Shown here in pieces: positions 1-11,990 of a stretch of 64,000 bases of DNA (positions are counted from its first letter, which is position 1; each line of letters opens with the position of its first letter). Source of the DNA: Octopus sinensis (lineage: Eukaryota); assembly GCF_006345805.1 (NCBI RefSeq), contig NC_043000.1, forward strand, positions 43,090,001 through 43,154,000, given 5' to 3'. The notes under the pieces are model-generated. The model was not told the origin of the DNA. It did not search any database and saw only the letters and a program-made list of their open reading frames with translations. A program made the translations under genes and the position numbers.

Positions 1-440
1 GATAATAAAGTAGTGGTGATACCAAAATGAAGGTGCGCGTGCGTATATATGTGAGAGCGTGTATGTGCATGTGTATAGGGGCAGGTGACCTTGACGTGTG
101 CATGTGTGCATGTGTAGGTGTGTGGTTGATGGTGTGGGTACTGGGAAGTGGTCAGTGTGTGCGCAGTGGTGTGGTATGGTGGTGTTGTGTGGTGTGACAA
201 GATGTGGTGTGTTGGTGTGTGGGGTGAGGTGGTGGTATTGGGGTGTGGGGGAGGCGAGGGTGGGGGTAAGCAAGAGTGGGGTTTGTGGGAGTGGAATTTG
301 TGGGATGGGGTGGAGTGGGATGTATAGGGATGGTGAGGTTGGAATGTGTAAGGCTGGGGTAACGATGGTGGGGTGACGAGGAAGGGAGAGGGTGGACGGG
401 GGAAGGTGGGTAGGAGTGAAGAGAGGAAGTAGGTGTCAGA
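1..440. repeat. G/T- and G/A-rich low-complexity tract
   Basis: Degenerate GTG/GGT/GGGA runs with almost no C; the ORF 98..376 is a by-product. Confidence 0.8.
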
Positions 441-714
441 GCAAGAGAGGAGAGGTGAAGATATATCTATATCTATCTATCTCTCTCTCTATATATATTT
501 ATAATATATATGTATGTATGTATGTATGTATTCACATATCTTGTAAGGTCTGATTTCTTGCTATTAATAAAATAGTTTCTAATTATATGCTTCAGATGTC
601 TGAATGTGTTACGTTAAACTCCTGTACTTCTATTTCTTATATATTCGTATATATGCACATAAACGAAAGTTAGCACCGCTTTATATGTATGTATATGTCT
701 CTCTCTCTGTACAC

Positions 715-780
715 ACGTACACACACACACACACACACATACACACACACACATACACACACACACATACACACACACAC
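715..780. repeat. (CA)n microsatellite
   Basis: Direct reading of an interrupted CA run. Confidence 0.95.
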
Positions 781-1367
781 AAACTCATACACTTGTACCA
801 TGGCTTTTATGAAGTTTAAGGGAGAATAGTTGTGAGTATGAACACCTCTGATCTGTCCTGAAAATATTTCACAGCTGCTTTACTTCTAAATTTCCTGGTT
901 GGGAAACATAATGAACTCTGTCATAGTAATTGAAATAGATAGGTCTGGAGTCTTAATGGTCAATCTTATCGAGAGTCTGTAATGTATTATGATTTTAAAA
1001 GAAATTCATGAAATAAAATTTGCGTAAACTACGAATTTGATTTTTGCAAAATGTATTTCAAATAAGCGAAGGAAATAAATAAAGTAGAAATTAAATGGAG
1101 CTGTAAAGATATTGTCTTTTCTAATTCAGGATGTCTGATAGAAATTCTGAAACGTTGATCCGTGTTTTCTTCATTATTTCCTGGTTAAGTATATTTGAGC
1201 ACTTTTGAAATTTTTATGATCGTTTAGTCACACGTCAACACTAATCGAGCAGAAGAGCGATCTAAAGTACTACAGCAGCGATCTTGTCATAGTTATTCTG
1301 GTAGTAAATATTCCAATGCGTTCTTATTTTAAGACATACAATGAGACCTGAGTGGATTTTGTCTGCC

Positions 1368-1630
1368 ATTTCTTATTTCTTTATTGCCCACAGGGTGCTA
1401 AACATAGAGGGGACAAACAAGGGCAGACAGAGGGATTAAGCGATTACATCGACCGTAGTGCGTAACTGGTACTTAATTTATCGACCTCTAAAGGTACTTA
1501 TCTAATCGATCCCGAAAGGATGAAAGGCAAAGTCGACCTCAGCGGAATTTGAACTCAGAACGTAACAGCAGACGAAATATCGCTAAGCATTTCGCCCGGC
1601 GCTCTAACGCTTCTGCCAGTTCGCCGCCTT
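1368..1630 (-). mobile_element. tRNA-derived SINE, family 'B' (head AAGGCGGCGAGCTGGCAGAA, B box GTTCAAATTCC, core GCCTTTCATCCTTTCGGGGTCGAT)
   Basis: Matches about 10 other copies in the window (e.g. 41345, 52760, 59285); has a short internal duplication near 1485-1520. Confidence 0.85.
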
Positions 1631-2078
1631 TTTTTATCTGTCATTTCTTGTCATTCGAGAGGTCCCTTTATTACCTTGTGGATGATGTCATGCAGATAGA
1701 TAAAATCAGTAAAAAACTGAAAACGCATCAATATTTACCACTAGGTTGGCAGAAGAGGTTCAACAGCTGGTACAATTTTTTTTTATTTACCTTCACTTGA
1801 TATATTTTGATTTTAAACCAATATTATTAATTCAACTACGGTAGTAGTTGACTAATATTCTTAAGGCCGCAATTTACTCACACGCAACATGTTTCAGAGC
1901 TTTTCGCTAATTCAGTTCTTATCCAAATTGAAAACTATCAATATTTTTTGAAGAGGACTGATCCCTAGATACATTTTCGCATAAAGAACTGAGATATGAT
2001 CTATTAGAAAAAGTCAAACATCAAAATTTATAGCAACGTTATAGGAGAGTAAGTAACGCCATCAATCACGTTTAGATC

Positions 2079-2309
2079 TTTTTACTCTTTTACTCTCTTA
2101 CTTGTTTCAGTCATTTGACTGCGGCCATGCTGGAGCACCGCCTTTAGTCGAGCAAATCGACCCCGGGACTTATTCTTTGTAAGCCCAGTACTTATTCTAT
2201 CGATCTGATTTGCCGAACCGCTAAGTAACGGGGACGTAAACACACCAGCATCGGTTGTCAAGCAATGCTAGGGGGACAAACACAGACTCACAAACATATA
2301 CACACACAG

Positions 2310-2343
<34 letters not shown>

Positions 2344-2492
2344 CATATATACGACAGGCTTCTTTCAGTTTCCGTCTACCAAATCCACTCACAAGGCATT
2401 GGTCGGCCCGGGGCTATAGCAGAAGACACTTGCCCAAGGTGCCACGCAGTGGGACTGAACCCGGAACCATGTGGTTGGTTAGCAAGCTACTT
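2079..2492 (-). mobile_element. SINE family 'A' body and tail (CORE-type tRNA-derived SINE, octopus OR-like), split from its head by Tx1-like element A
   Basis: Reverse complement reads AAGTAGCTTGCTAACCAACCACATGGTTCCGGGTTCAGTCCC...GGCACCTTGGGCAAGTG (CORE-like), then an internal (TA)n(TG)n, then tail CCAGCATGGCCGCAGTCAAATGACTGAAACAAGT. Colinear with the intact copy at 36452-36865. Confidence 0.9.
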
Positions 2493-2806
2493 TATTTCAA
2501 AACATTTGCCATAAAGGCAGTACACAGATTAAGTTAGCTTTGCGGGCTGGACGAGGACATTAATGAAGTGAATGATAATGAAAGAAAGATGATAAGGATG
2601 GGAGAAGACAAAAAGCGCCCGCCGACTTTCGCTTCTCTAAAACATTGTTCTTTTTAAAGATAAACACAAAACGAGGTATTAAACCTCTTACAATTTTTCC
2701 AATTTTTGGACTTAGCAGTCCATTATTACAAAACGAGGTATTAAACCTCTTACAATTTTTCAATTTTGGACTTAGCAGTCCATTACTAATAATAACAGTT
2801 CAATAA

Positions 2807-3235
2807 TTACATATCGTCCTCGAAATAGCTTGTGCCCGCGCCCTCCACCATCAACCACGCCTCCCTCAGAACGTAATCAAGTTCCGAGTTTGCGTCGCCC
2901 GGGACCAAGTTATAATCTTCATTGAGCTCCTTTAGCCCAAGCGTCACGTCGAACGCCACGGCCTCCACAGCTACCTGCGGAGGCCATTCGGGGTTCTGTG
3001 TGAAGGCTAAAGGTGCTCCCTTGTGGTGCTCTTCCATCACCTTTTCAATTTCGCCTCCTCTATAGAAGAGGACCAATACGTTCAGTTCTTTCGTTGGCGG
3101 CACAGTTCCCGCCAACGGTATTCCTTCTCTTGTCGGTGGCACAACCCCAACCGACGTAGTTCCGGGACATTCCGCTGCTATGTCACTGACAGCCGGCAAT
3201 GTCCCGTTTTTCTTCCTCTTTTTCTTTTTTTCCCT
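2807..3235 (-). pseudogene. Probable frameshifted C-terminal part of element A ORF1
   Basis: Open frame (track 2807..3322) overlapping the ORF1 end at an A-rich tract near 3210-3235; it stops 8 codons before the conserved TAATG motif. Confidence 0.55.
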
Positions 3236-4046
3236 TTTCAACTGAGGGAGGGTGCGTCTCCTCCGTGGCCGGAAGATTCGCCTTCCTCTCCTCATCCCTA
3301 TTATCCTTTGGTGAGCACCCATTGTTGCTCACCTTCCTCTTTCGGCCTCTGTTTGAGGAGTCCTCTGCTTTCTCGGCCGTTATCATTCCCTCTTCTAGAG
3401 GGGTTTTACTTAACTGTTCCGGGATCCTATTTTGTTCCCGGGGACAGTTCTTCTTTATGTGGCCGGACTCCAAGCACCGATGACACTTAGGGGGGCGACC
3501 CTCAAGCATCACCGGGTACCTGCACCCGGCCATTTTAAAAAAATCTGGAAGAACCAGATTGGCTGATTGGGTCCACAGGGTCAAAATTGCTTTTGACCCA
3601 ACCCAAGCAGCCACAGGAAGAACTTTTACGTTAAGGAGCTTAGTTTCGCTGCCACCCAGACCCCGGCGGATAGTCTCCTCTATCCACTCGGGTTCTATGT
3701 CGGGTGGCAGCCCGCAGATCCAAGCTTTCATCAATTTCTTTTTTTTGTACGTGGGCAGGAATAAGATTTCCTTACCCTCCAGGGGTTTGCTAGCAAATTT
3801 GCAAGCCTCTTCAGGGGTGTCAAATAGCAACCACACCGTTGCATATTTGACACCCCTGGAAATGAATTTAATTGTTGGCAAATACTCTTCCAACTCCTTT
3901 TCAATTGCCGTCTTTTCGAATAGGGCGATGGTGTCGAGTGCCTTGGAGTAGGTTCTCAACACCACCGTCCTATCTTCACGGTCTTTTAACCACTTTTTAG
4001 GTGGTATGATTTCCCACTCCAAAATTTTGTTATTTTTCATTGCCAT
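3183..4046 (-). CDS. ORF1p (gag-like nucleic-acid chaperone, CX2CX4HX4C zinc knuckle) of element A
   Basis: Contains EGRPPKCHRCLESGHIKKNCP. First ATG is at 4046 (MAMKNNK; the track starts at TTG 4085). N-terminal half aligns with element B ORF1 (EDRTVVLRTY..FEKTAIEKEL vs EKRTVVFKTF..FEKSTIEKCL). Confidence 0.85.
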   Translation of the reverse strand: MAMKNNKILEWEIIPPKKWLKDREDRTVVLRTYSKALDTIALFEKTAIEKELEEYLPTIKFISRGVKYATVWLLFDTPEEACKFASKPLEGKEILFLPTYKKKKLMKAWICGLPPDIEPEWIEETIRRGLGGSETKLLNVKVLPVAAWVGSKAILTLWTQSANLVLPDFFKMAGCRYPVMLEGRPPKCHRCLESGHIKKNCPREQNRIPEQLSKTPLEEGMITAEKAEDSSNRGRKRKVSNNGCSPKDNRDEERKANLPATEETHPPSVEKGKKEKEEEKRDIAGCQ

Positions 4047-4743
4047 GTTTTTTTTTAATATATTCAAATTAAACTCAAAAAGCAAGAAGAAAAAAGTTCA
4101 AAAGTCCAAATGAAATTTGATAGATTTTTGAAAAAACAAAAAGGAGAAAGCACAACAGAAGGGAAGAAATCAACGGAAAGTCGCAATAAAGAAAAAAACA
4201 AAAGGGGGGGTTAAATGAAGTTCAAAAGAAATTTAATAAACAGAAAAACACAGCAAAAATATTCTGGCCTTGCGGTACTCCCGGCCTGGGTTGAACCTGG
4301 AACGCCGCAACTGCAACACAACCTCCACAAAAATGGGTCCGAAAGGTAATCCAATAGTGGCTTATTTTTATAATTTTCTTGCGAAGTACTCTGACAAGGG
4401 AATAAATTCAACAAACCCAAACACAGCACTGGCTACCGCCAACGGTAATTTTAACAGTAACTGTATTGAATTCCGAGGATACGCCCCTCCACTGTTTTTT
4501 CTTTTTTTTTTTCAATGAACACAAAAACGGCAGCCGCCGAGAGCAGGCGAAATTGTCTCAGAGTTGGACACAACTTACTGAAATAATAATTGGCACGCAA
4601 TAAATTATGCCCAACTCACAATAAACAAAATCACTTACCTCGACAACTTGCCGTTTTTGGTCTTTTTTCTTTAATTGGACGGAGCTGGTTGACTCGCGTC
4701 CACTCTGGCTGAACAGGAAGCAACTGACTAACTGCGCATGTGC

Positions 4744-4780
4744 GTTAGCAAGCTACTTACCACACAGCCACTCCTGTGCC
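4744..4780 (-). mobile_element. SINE-A 5' head upstream of element A (A box TGGCTGTGTGG)
   Basis: Reverse complement is GGCACAGGAGTGGCTGTGTGGTAAGTAGCTTGCTAAC. Confidence 0.9.
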
Positions 4781-5409
4781 TAAGTAACATTAAAAAAAAA
4801 ATTAATTTTAAAAGAAAAACATATTTATCTTAGATTCAATGACAGAAAAAAGCATGTAGAATTTCATTGGTCTCATGCAACAAAAATTTGTATCAAAAGT
4901 TGCGAAGTAAAATATCATGAAAATAATATAAGGCAAAAAATTGGATTTAAGTATAATTACCTTATTTTATATTTTAAAGACAAACTGTATTTTAATTAAG
5001 TTTAAATGATAGAGCTGAAGTCGAAGAATTTCATGGCATAAATCTCATGCAATGAAATTTTAAAAGAAAAAAGTTATTAGCGTTTGTTTCTCAACAACTA
5101 TATTTTTTAAATATAGTTCTACAAGGGGACTTTTAATATATCTATCTCACCAGCGTCATTGAGGTATGGGAATAATTATCAACGACACCGGTAATTGACA
5201 CATTTGACACATCACATTATCAATTAACATAATAGCATAGCCTGGGAAAATCACGAATTACATGGAAAGATGCGAGCAAGAGAAATAATATTCTTAAGAT
5301 TATAAACCTGGAAAATTACAGGACAAGTTATTACACTTGGAAAAGTTCAGGACAACTTATTACATCTGGTAAAGTACAGAACAAGAAAAGTTTTCCATGT
5401 AATATAAGG

Positions 5410-5740
5410 TATAAAGCGACGAGCTAACAGAATCGTTAGCACGCCGGACAAAATGCTTAGCGGCATTTACTCCATATTTACGTCCTGTGCTAAAATTCCA
5501 TTGAGGTCTTTTCGGGACCGTTAAAATAAGTACCAGATGGTACTTACTTCGAAATTGTTGGCCTTATGCCAACATTTGACACCGATAGTATAAAGCTAGT
5601 CTGTAGATAGAATCGTTACCGCGCTGGAAAAACGTTTTCATCCTTTCGGGTTCGATAAAATAAGTACCAGTTGAACGCTGTATCGAGATAATCGGCTTAA
5701 CTCCCCCGAAATTGCTGGTCTTTTGCCAAAGTTTGAAAGC
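5410..5740 (+). mobile_element. Degenerate SINE-B copy plus a partial second copy
   Basis: AAAGCGACGAGCTAACAGAATCGTTAGCACGCCGG... and TTTCATCCTTTCGGGTTCGATAAAATAAGTACCAG. Confidence 0.7.
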
Positions 5741-6209
5741 AGTATTACTCAGTGTTTACTTTCGTTATTAAATGTAAAGTTTTATTTGAGGGAATTGGCT
5801 AGTATTTCTAGTATGTCTTATGACCGTATAAGTGGTCTCCTCATTTATTATTTAGTATAAATGTTATATTTAACGATGAAGTTTATATATTAATGAAAAC
5901 TCTTACAAATAAAATCAATGTTGTTGCTCTGTAAGTTAGACAGGTTAGTATAGTAGTGAGTTTTGTCATAGTGTATTAAGGTTGACTATTTTTTGCCTTA
6001 GTTTTTATGTCTTCTGTAATGGGAAGGATTGTCATTCGTTTGTTGAAAGTGATATTTAGAACTTTCGATCTTTTATATGCGTGAGTCGGATGTTGATTTC
6101 ATTGAGTGTGATCGGAATATGAGATAATATTCTCTAGGGTTCAAGAGGCGAGCAGCAATCAAATGTAATTCTAAATTTAATTTCATCAAGTTGATAAAGG
6201 TATAAGGGT

Positions 6210-6960
6210 CAGGAGATGAGATTTCTAAATCTAGCCGAGAAGTCAAGTATTAATAAATTGACGAAATTGGTTTCTGATGAAAAAATTTTAAGCCGAAATC
6301 TAACTACACGAACTTTGGAAGCTGGGAATTTATTATCAGTGAACTCCAAACTTTCACTAAATTTATTGTATGTAATTCTTCTTTTGTAATTACGGTTACG
6401 TAAAATACAGAAAATCATTATATGTGGTGTGTATCAGAACGTCCTGTTGAGAAAGTCTCCGAAAGTCGGTTACTGAAGGAAGGCAATTTTCAGATCAAAC
6501 TTTGTTTGCATATAAAATATTTCATGCAACACGGAGTAAACTGTTCCCATCTAACAGAAAAAAAAGAAAGAAAATTCATGTAGCTATCATATTTCCTAGA
6601 AATATCAGTCAACCCCGGCTCCAAGTATATCTTACAAATTTAAAAGGATCGCATTGGATGAAATATCTGTTTGTTTTATTCCTTTCTGCATAGTTATTGC
6701 TCTTGAAATGTGAATAGCACGCTTAATTACAACATTTTTGAAACTTCTTACGTTAGCTATAGTGATGTAAATGTAGAATATAAGAGACTTTTAAATAAAC
6801 GACCCATAATAAATATTACGCTATCACAGGACTTAGTGGAGTCAATAAATATAACATGCAGAGGTCTGTTCAATTGTGGTGACTTTCGAAATTTTATCTG
6901 TTTGATGTTTTTCTTCTTGATGGATAAGCAGCTTGGGAAATCGGAATGTATGAGCATAGG
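6210..6960 (-). pseudogene. Highly decayed RTE-like reverse transcriptase remnant
   Basis: QLNRPLHVIFIDSTKSCDSV resembles the RTE RT motif EQNRPLxxxFIDLTKAFDSV; downstream RFRLKIFSSET weakly resembles FGLxISxxKT. Multiple stops. Confidence 0.4.
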
Positions 6961-7776
6961 TCGTCTTTGATCCTATCTATGATGACAACTATAAACTAAT
7001 AGAAGACATAACAAAACGATTTATGTGTCTATACAACTAAGTACAGAGTCCAAATAAAACAAAGCGCATATCATATTCAATCAGTCGTTTTAAATCTGCT
7101 GTAGTCACGTATTGATTTTGTTTAGACTTGGCACAACTCCAAGATTTGTGGGTGCAATTTGTTTTGGCTTGGTACAAGTCCAATATTAATAAGAAAGAAA
7201 TTTATATGAATTAATTCTACTTTATTACTCGTACTTACTTCATACTTTGTCGTCATAAAAGGTTTTTGAATTGAAATACAGATTGATACAACTAAACGCA
7301 TAAAGCCTTACAAAAACCATTTAACTTTAATAGCATTCCACCACATCTGCCTTCTCAATGACGATACAAGGATGCTATATGTAGTCGTTCGAGGTGTTAA
7401 AAATAGCAACTAAATCTTCCTCAAATCACGTCCTACTGTCTGAAAAATGGATGACTGCTTTGGATAATATAATCTGAGTGAAAAGAATAGTAGAATTAAC
7501 ACTTTTTCGACAATTATTGATTAACAGATCTGCTCAGTCAGCGTCGATTTGGGATTAAACCATAACTTATTCACTAAAATGATAACCTATATAGACTATG
7601 TTGTCAATTGAAATGCATGAAATAATAACCAATTTCTCATAAATTAGACTCTATTTTTGACCAGAATTTTCATAAAGAAATGGCTATTAGACAGCGTAGT
7701 CCTATGCATGCAAGCAAAACGGTTTTGTTACCACAGGAATATTTATGTTCAGAGCAGCCAGGTACAACATAGGGCA

Positions 7777-7780
7777 ACAT

Positions 7781-7813
<33 letters not shown>

Positions 7814-7844
7814 CACCACCACCACCACCACCACCACCACCACC

Positions 7845-7895
<51 letters not shown>
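7777..7895. repeat. Compound (CTA)n-(CCA)n-(CTA)n microsatellite
   Basis: Direct reading. Confidence 0.95.
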
Positions 7896-7897
<2 letters not shown>

Positions 7898-7984
7898 AAA
7901 GTTCAGCTCAAAGTGTTATGACGTGGGATCAAACCAAAATCTCATTATAACGACGCAAATTTTCCCATTCGATTACAATAGCAT

Positions 7985-8017
<33 letters not shown>

Positions 8018-8047
8018 ACACACACACACACAAACTACGATATATAT

Positions 8048-8093
<46 letters not shown>

Positions 8094-8929
8094 AGCGTAG
8101 ATTCGATTAGATTTTCCATTTGATATATGATCAATAACATAAGGAAGATATCTTCACGTAAAATTGAATTAGTAGCAAACAAATAAAATAAGAACATTAG
8201 AAGTCAAATTATCATGTTCGAAATGAAATTAAAGAACATTTACTATTGTCGTATTGTAATGTTACACGCCGAATATAAATTTATATGCGTTTAAACATTA
8301 TTGTTTATTTATGAATAACTTTGCGTAAGAAAATTATTATTTCTGTCGACAAAATTTATTGCTTGCAATAACACGATGAAGTATCGAAAGTTCATTAAAA
8401 TTTGGTCTTCAGATCAAACTTCCTCCTTAATATCAATACTGTCTTCACAGTGAAGTACTAAAACGCTCGCGAGAAGAGAAATATATATGCATTCCTTGAA
8501 GGTAGAATCTAATATATATAGCGTTCATCGAAATTAATTGAATATGAGGAAATGTAGTTAAATGTCAAATGAGGTGAGGTTGATGTACTATAGAATTATT
8601 TAAAACTTTTTTTGTCGTTCGTACTATTGTATACCAGTCAGCACCGAACGAGAAAAGCCTATGACGAAAGGCATTCGAATCGCAGTCATCTTTTCTTTAA
8701 TTATTTTCCCAGACGTAATGCATCTGAGATTGCATTATCCAAGGTGATATTTCCTGTAAATGATGCTATTTATATCCAAAAATAATTTAGGATTTCATTC
8801 TTCAGTATATCTTTTTGACTATTTTAAGGTTGCGGGGTGTAATACGAAATAATTGAACTGCTATTTCTTCTAAGTACTGCGACTACGAAGCGGCTTCTAC
8901 ATTGACTTATCAAAAATAACCTTTTTTTC

Positions 8930-9042
8930 AGTTTCCGTCCACCAAATCCATTCACAACGCTTTGGTCGCCAGTGGACGAGGGAATATAATAGAATACACT
9001 TGCACAAGGTGCCATGCAGGAGTACTGAACCCGGAACCATGT
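8930..9042 (-). mobile_element. SINE-A fragment
   Basis: CAGTTTCCGTCCACCAAATCC...CAAGGTGCCATGCAG..CTGAACCCGGAACCATGTG. Confidence 0.7.
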
Positions 9043-10634
9043 GCTACCATCGAAATATATAGCTGTAAATTATGATGCCTTTTGTTTTGCTTATTTAAGT
9101 AGACTGAAATGAAATCGTGGAAAAAATCACAGAAAAAAAAAGATATAATGACTATAAAAAAAGTGGGTATGAGAATACATTTTCTTCATTTTCTCGCTAA
9201 CTATAATTACTATTGCAAATTAATTATCTTTCAATTAGCGTAGATTAAATTCTATTATTTTCTCGAAAGGTCCTCAAAATATCTTAATCATCTACCTACA
9301 ATAGAAATACATACTCGTAGTCACATTATTGGGTACATTAATTTAAAAAAGAAAATTATTTCGCTATCGCTTTATATATATCTTCTCAATTTGTTTACGG
9401 GTGACAATTATCAGAACGCCTGCTTAATGAATCTTAGAAAGATGAAAATATACAGTGCTTCGACTTTTTACTTTTTTTTTTCCAGGGTCAACATATTAAA
9501 TACCAGTTATTTACCTGGGTGTTTTAATAAAATATATATTGGAAAAGATATGAAAAATTCTATTTTGAAGAGATTGTTATTTTTCCTTCTGCGTCGTTAA
9601 TATTTTTTGTATTTAAAACAGCAAGAGAAGAAATTGTTCTGTTTTTCTTTTATGATTTAAATTTTAGAATTTTCCTTTACCTATGTAATTTACTATACCC
9701 TGGTAATTATTACTCAAGAATAGGACACTTAGAGCACCTTTATAATAGTTGACTAACAATTACTTATACAATGACAATTAATTTCATCCTATGTATTCCC
9801 TGAAACATTGTTTTGAAAGTTTGTTTTGCGATGTCCACGATGTAACATATGGTTACTTACCAGAACTAATGGACTATTTTAAAAACTATTCCATTTATAA
9901 GCCTATAACTTTATTATGAGTAAATGTTATTGCATTTCCCTCTTCTCAACTGAGTGTCATTTTAGACAATTGCATTAATTTAGCAGTTTTCATTATGTTA
10001 CTCTACTTCCATAAGCGTTAAACCAACTTGAAGGGAATTATCATGCCGTTACATTATCTACAAGCTTCGTAAGTCTCTTTTGCAGAGTACGTCGTTTACT
10101 TGTTACGTTCTACATCTATGCACTTTTTATTATATAGAATTGACATTGCGCGTCGATAAAGCAAAACGAAATATATCATCCCGTATGTTGAATCAGAAAA
10201 TTACTCTAATACTGAACGTGATGATCCGACGTGGTTTAGCAGAAACATCGTTCGAGCCAGTACCTACGGGATTAAGCAAGCCTGATCAATAATGACGTAA
10301 TGTGAACCAGTAACGAAATAATACAGCAGAAAGTCTCCGGTTGTGATTCAATACTCAGGTGATTTTCTTACAGTTGCACTGTTTTTATTACAAAACGGAA
10401 ATTTGTAGAAGCGAAGTTTAGTGTATTCAGAAAAGTTTTAGTGGTTCTAAAACTGTCAGCAAGACATTTCTTCACCATTTGAATACTGTCTACATCGACT
10501 CACGAATATACCCTGTAGGCAAATCCAGATGGATAATCTTCGTGGAATGAGGCGCTTTGAATTTACTTAAAGGATAGAAGTTGCTTCAATAGATACTTTT
10601 TGCGTCAATGTTCATCCTAACCTGCTTGGATTTT

Positions 10635-11990
10635 GTTAAATATAATCATTTTACGTATATTGCACAACCAATGTACAACGATTGTCCCATAACTGTAGAA
10701 ACACTACTTCTGTAGTGAAGTTTCTTTTCGATTATAAGAAGGTAGGCCATATGACATCGTTCATTGGATCCAAAGTATTTTGTACTACTCACCAAAAACA
10801 ATAGTCAGATAGGCAGTACTGATCATTTGAAAGTTACTTCAAACGGTGCATTTCGTTGGGAAAAAATGTCACCAGTGTCATTTCCCCGATTAAAGCAGTT
10901 CTGAAGATTAGTCAAAAGAAATGAACTAATTTTACGATATTTTTTAGACTATTCCGTTTATACATTATTTTCGCCGGTATGAAAGAAAAGGTGGAGTGAA
11001 TCTTCTAACTTCTTTTCAGAATGCTTTTTCATGCGGCCTTGTTAAGCAAGTCGCTATCACATAATTTTCATTGAAGCTTAAAACTAATTTACGAGAATCA
11101 ATCATAAAGTAATGCAATTTTTATTTGAATGATTTTTTGATTGATACTATCCTGTTTGCGAGGATTAATCAAATAGCAATGCAATTAAAAAATGCATTAC
11201 TTTCTAACCCACCTTCGTACATACTAGCTTTACCATCCCATAGAAATAGGAATAGGAATAGAGTAGTAAGTTATTTATCGGCTAACTTCGCGGTCACATG
11301 GGAATAGAATAGCAATTTCTGGGTTGATATAGTGAATGACTCATTCAAAACAAAGATCAACTGATGAAAATTTCTCCCTGAGCTGAAGTTAAAAAATGAG
11401 GTTGACGCGCAAACAATTTTCAGTGACTTTCAGAGAAGCAGGGAAGATAATTTATCATTTCTCTGGAAGTTATTTCAATTACATTTCAAATTTTGCGTAA
11501 TTCATCTCTTAACTCTTCTAAGTTCATGTCATTTAGCTTCTTGACAGTTATATACTTTAGTTATATACTATCGATAACATGTTGCATTCAATATTCGTCC
11601 CTACACAGATTTTAATACATAGAATTGGCATTATATATCGATAATAAACTCTAGGTACTATACCAAAGTAGCCTTTGCGTTTTCCTTTGGGTGTGGGTAG
11701 AAAAGATGCAGGGATGGACAAAATAATTGATAGATTAGGTAAGGAGAATATAAGAACAAAAAGTTATGCAGGCATTGCTCAGAGACAAATAAAAAGTTAA
11801 ATATAACCATTTTACTTATATTGCACAATGTACGACGATTGTCCCAAAAACAATAGAAACACTACTTCTGTAGTGAAGTGCCTTTTCGATTATAAGAAGA
11901 TAGGCCATATGATCGCTTACGGATCCAAAGTAGTTTGTAATACTCACCAAAAGTCAGATAGTCAGTACTGATCATTTGAAAGTTGCCTCC
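10635..11990. repeat. Pair of diverged ~200-bp direct repeats (10635-10840 and 11796-11990)
   Basis: Shared blocks TAGAAACACTACTTCTGTAGTGAAGT, TTTCGATTATAAGAAG, GGATCCAAAGTA, CAGTACTGATCATTTGAAAGTT; offset 1161 bp. Confidence 0.85.

Larger units (their letters stand above)
2493..4743 (-). mobile_element. Tx1/L1-clade non-LTR element 'A', ORF1-only (HAL1-like), with 15-bp TSD
   Basis: GTTAGCAAGCTACTT is duplicated at 2478-2492 and 4744-4758. Contains a ~700-bp 5' leader, ORF1 with CCHC knuckle, no EN/RT sequence, and a pyrimidine-rich 3' region ending in AAATA. Confidence 0.85.

Noticed and set aside
3205-3240. Programmed ribosomal frameshift at the A-rich tract in element A ORF1
   Set aside because: A homopolymer indel or sequencing error is the simpler explanation; it cannot be distinguished from one copy.
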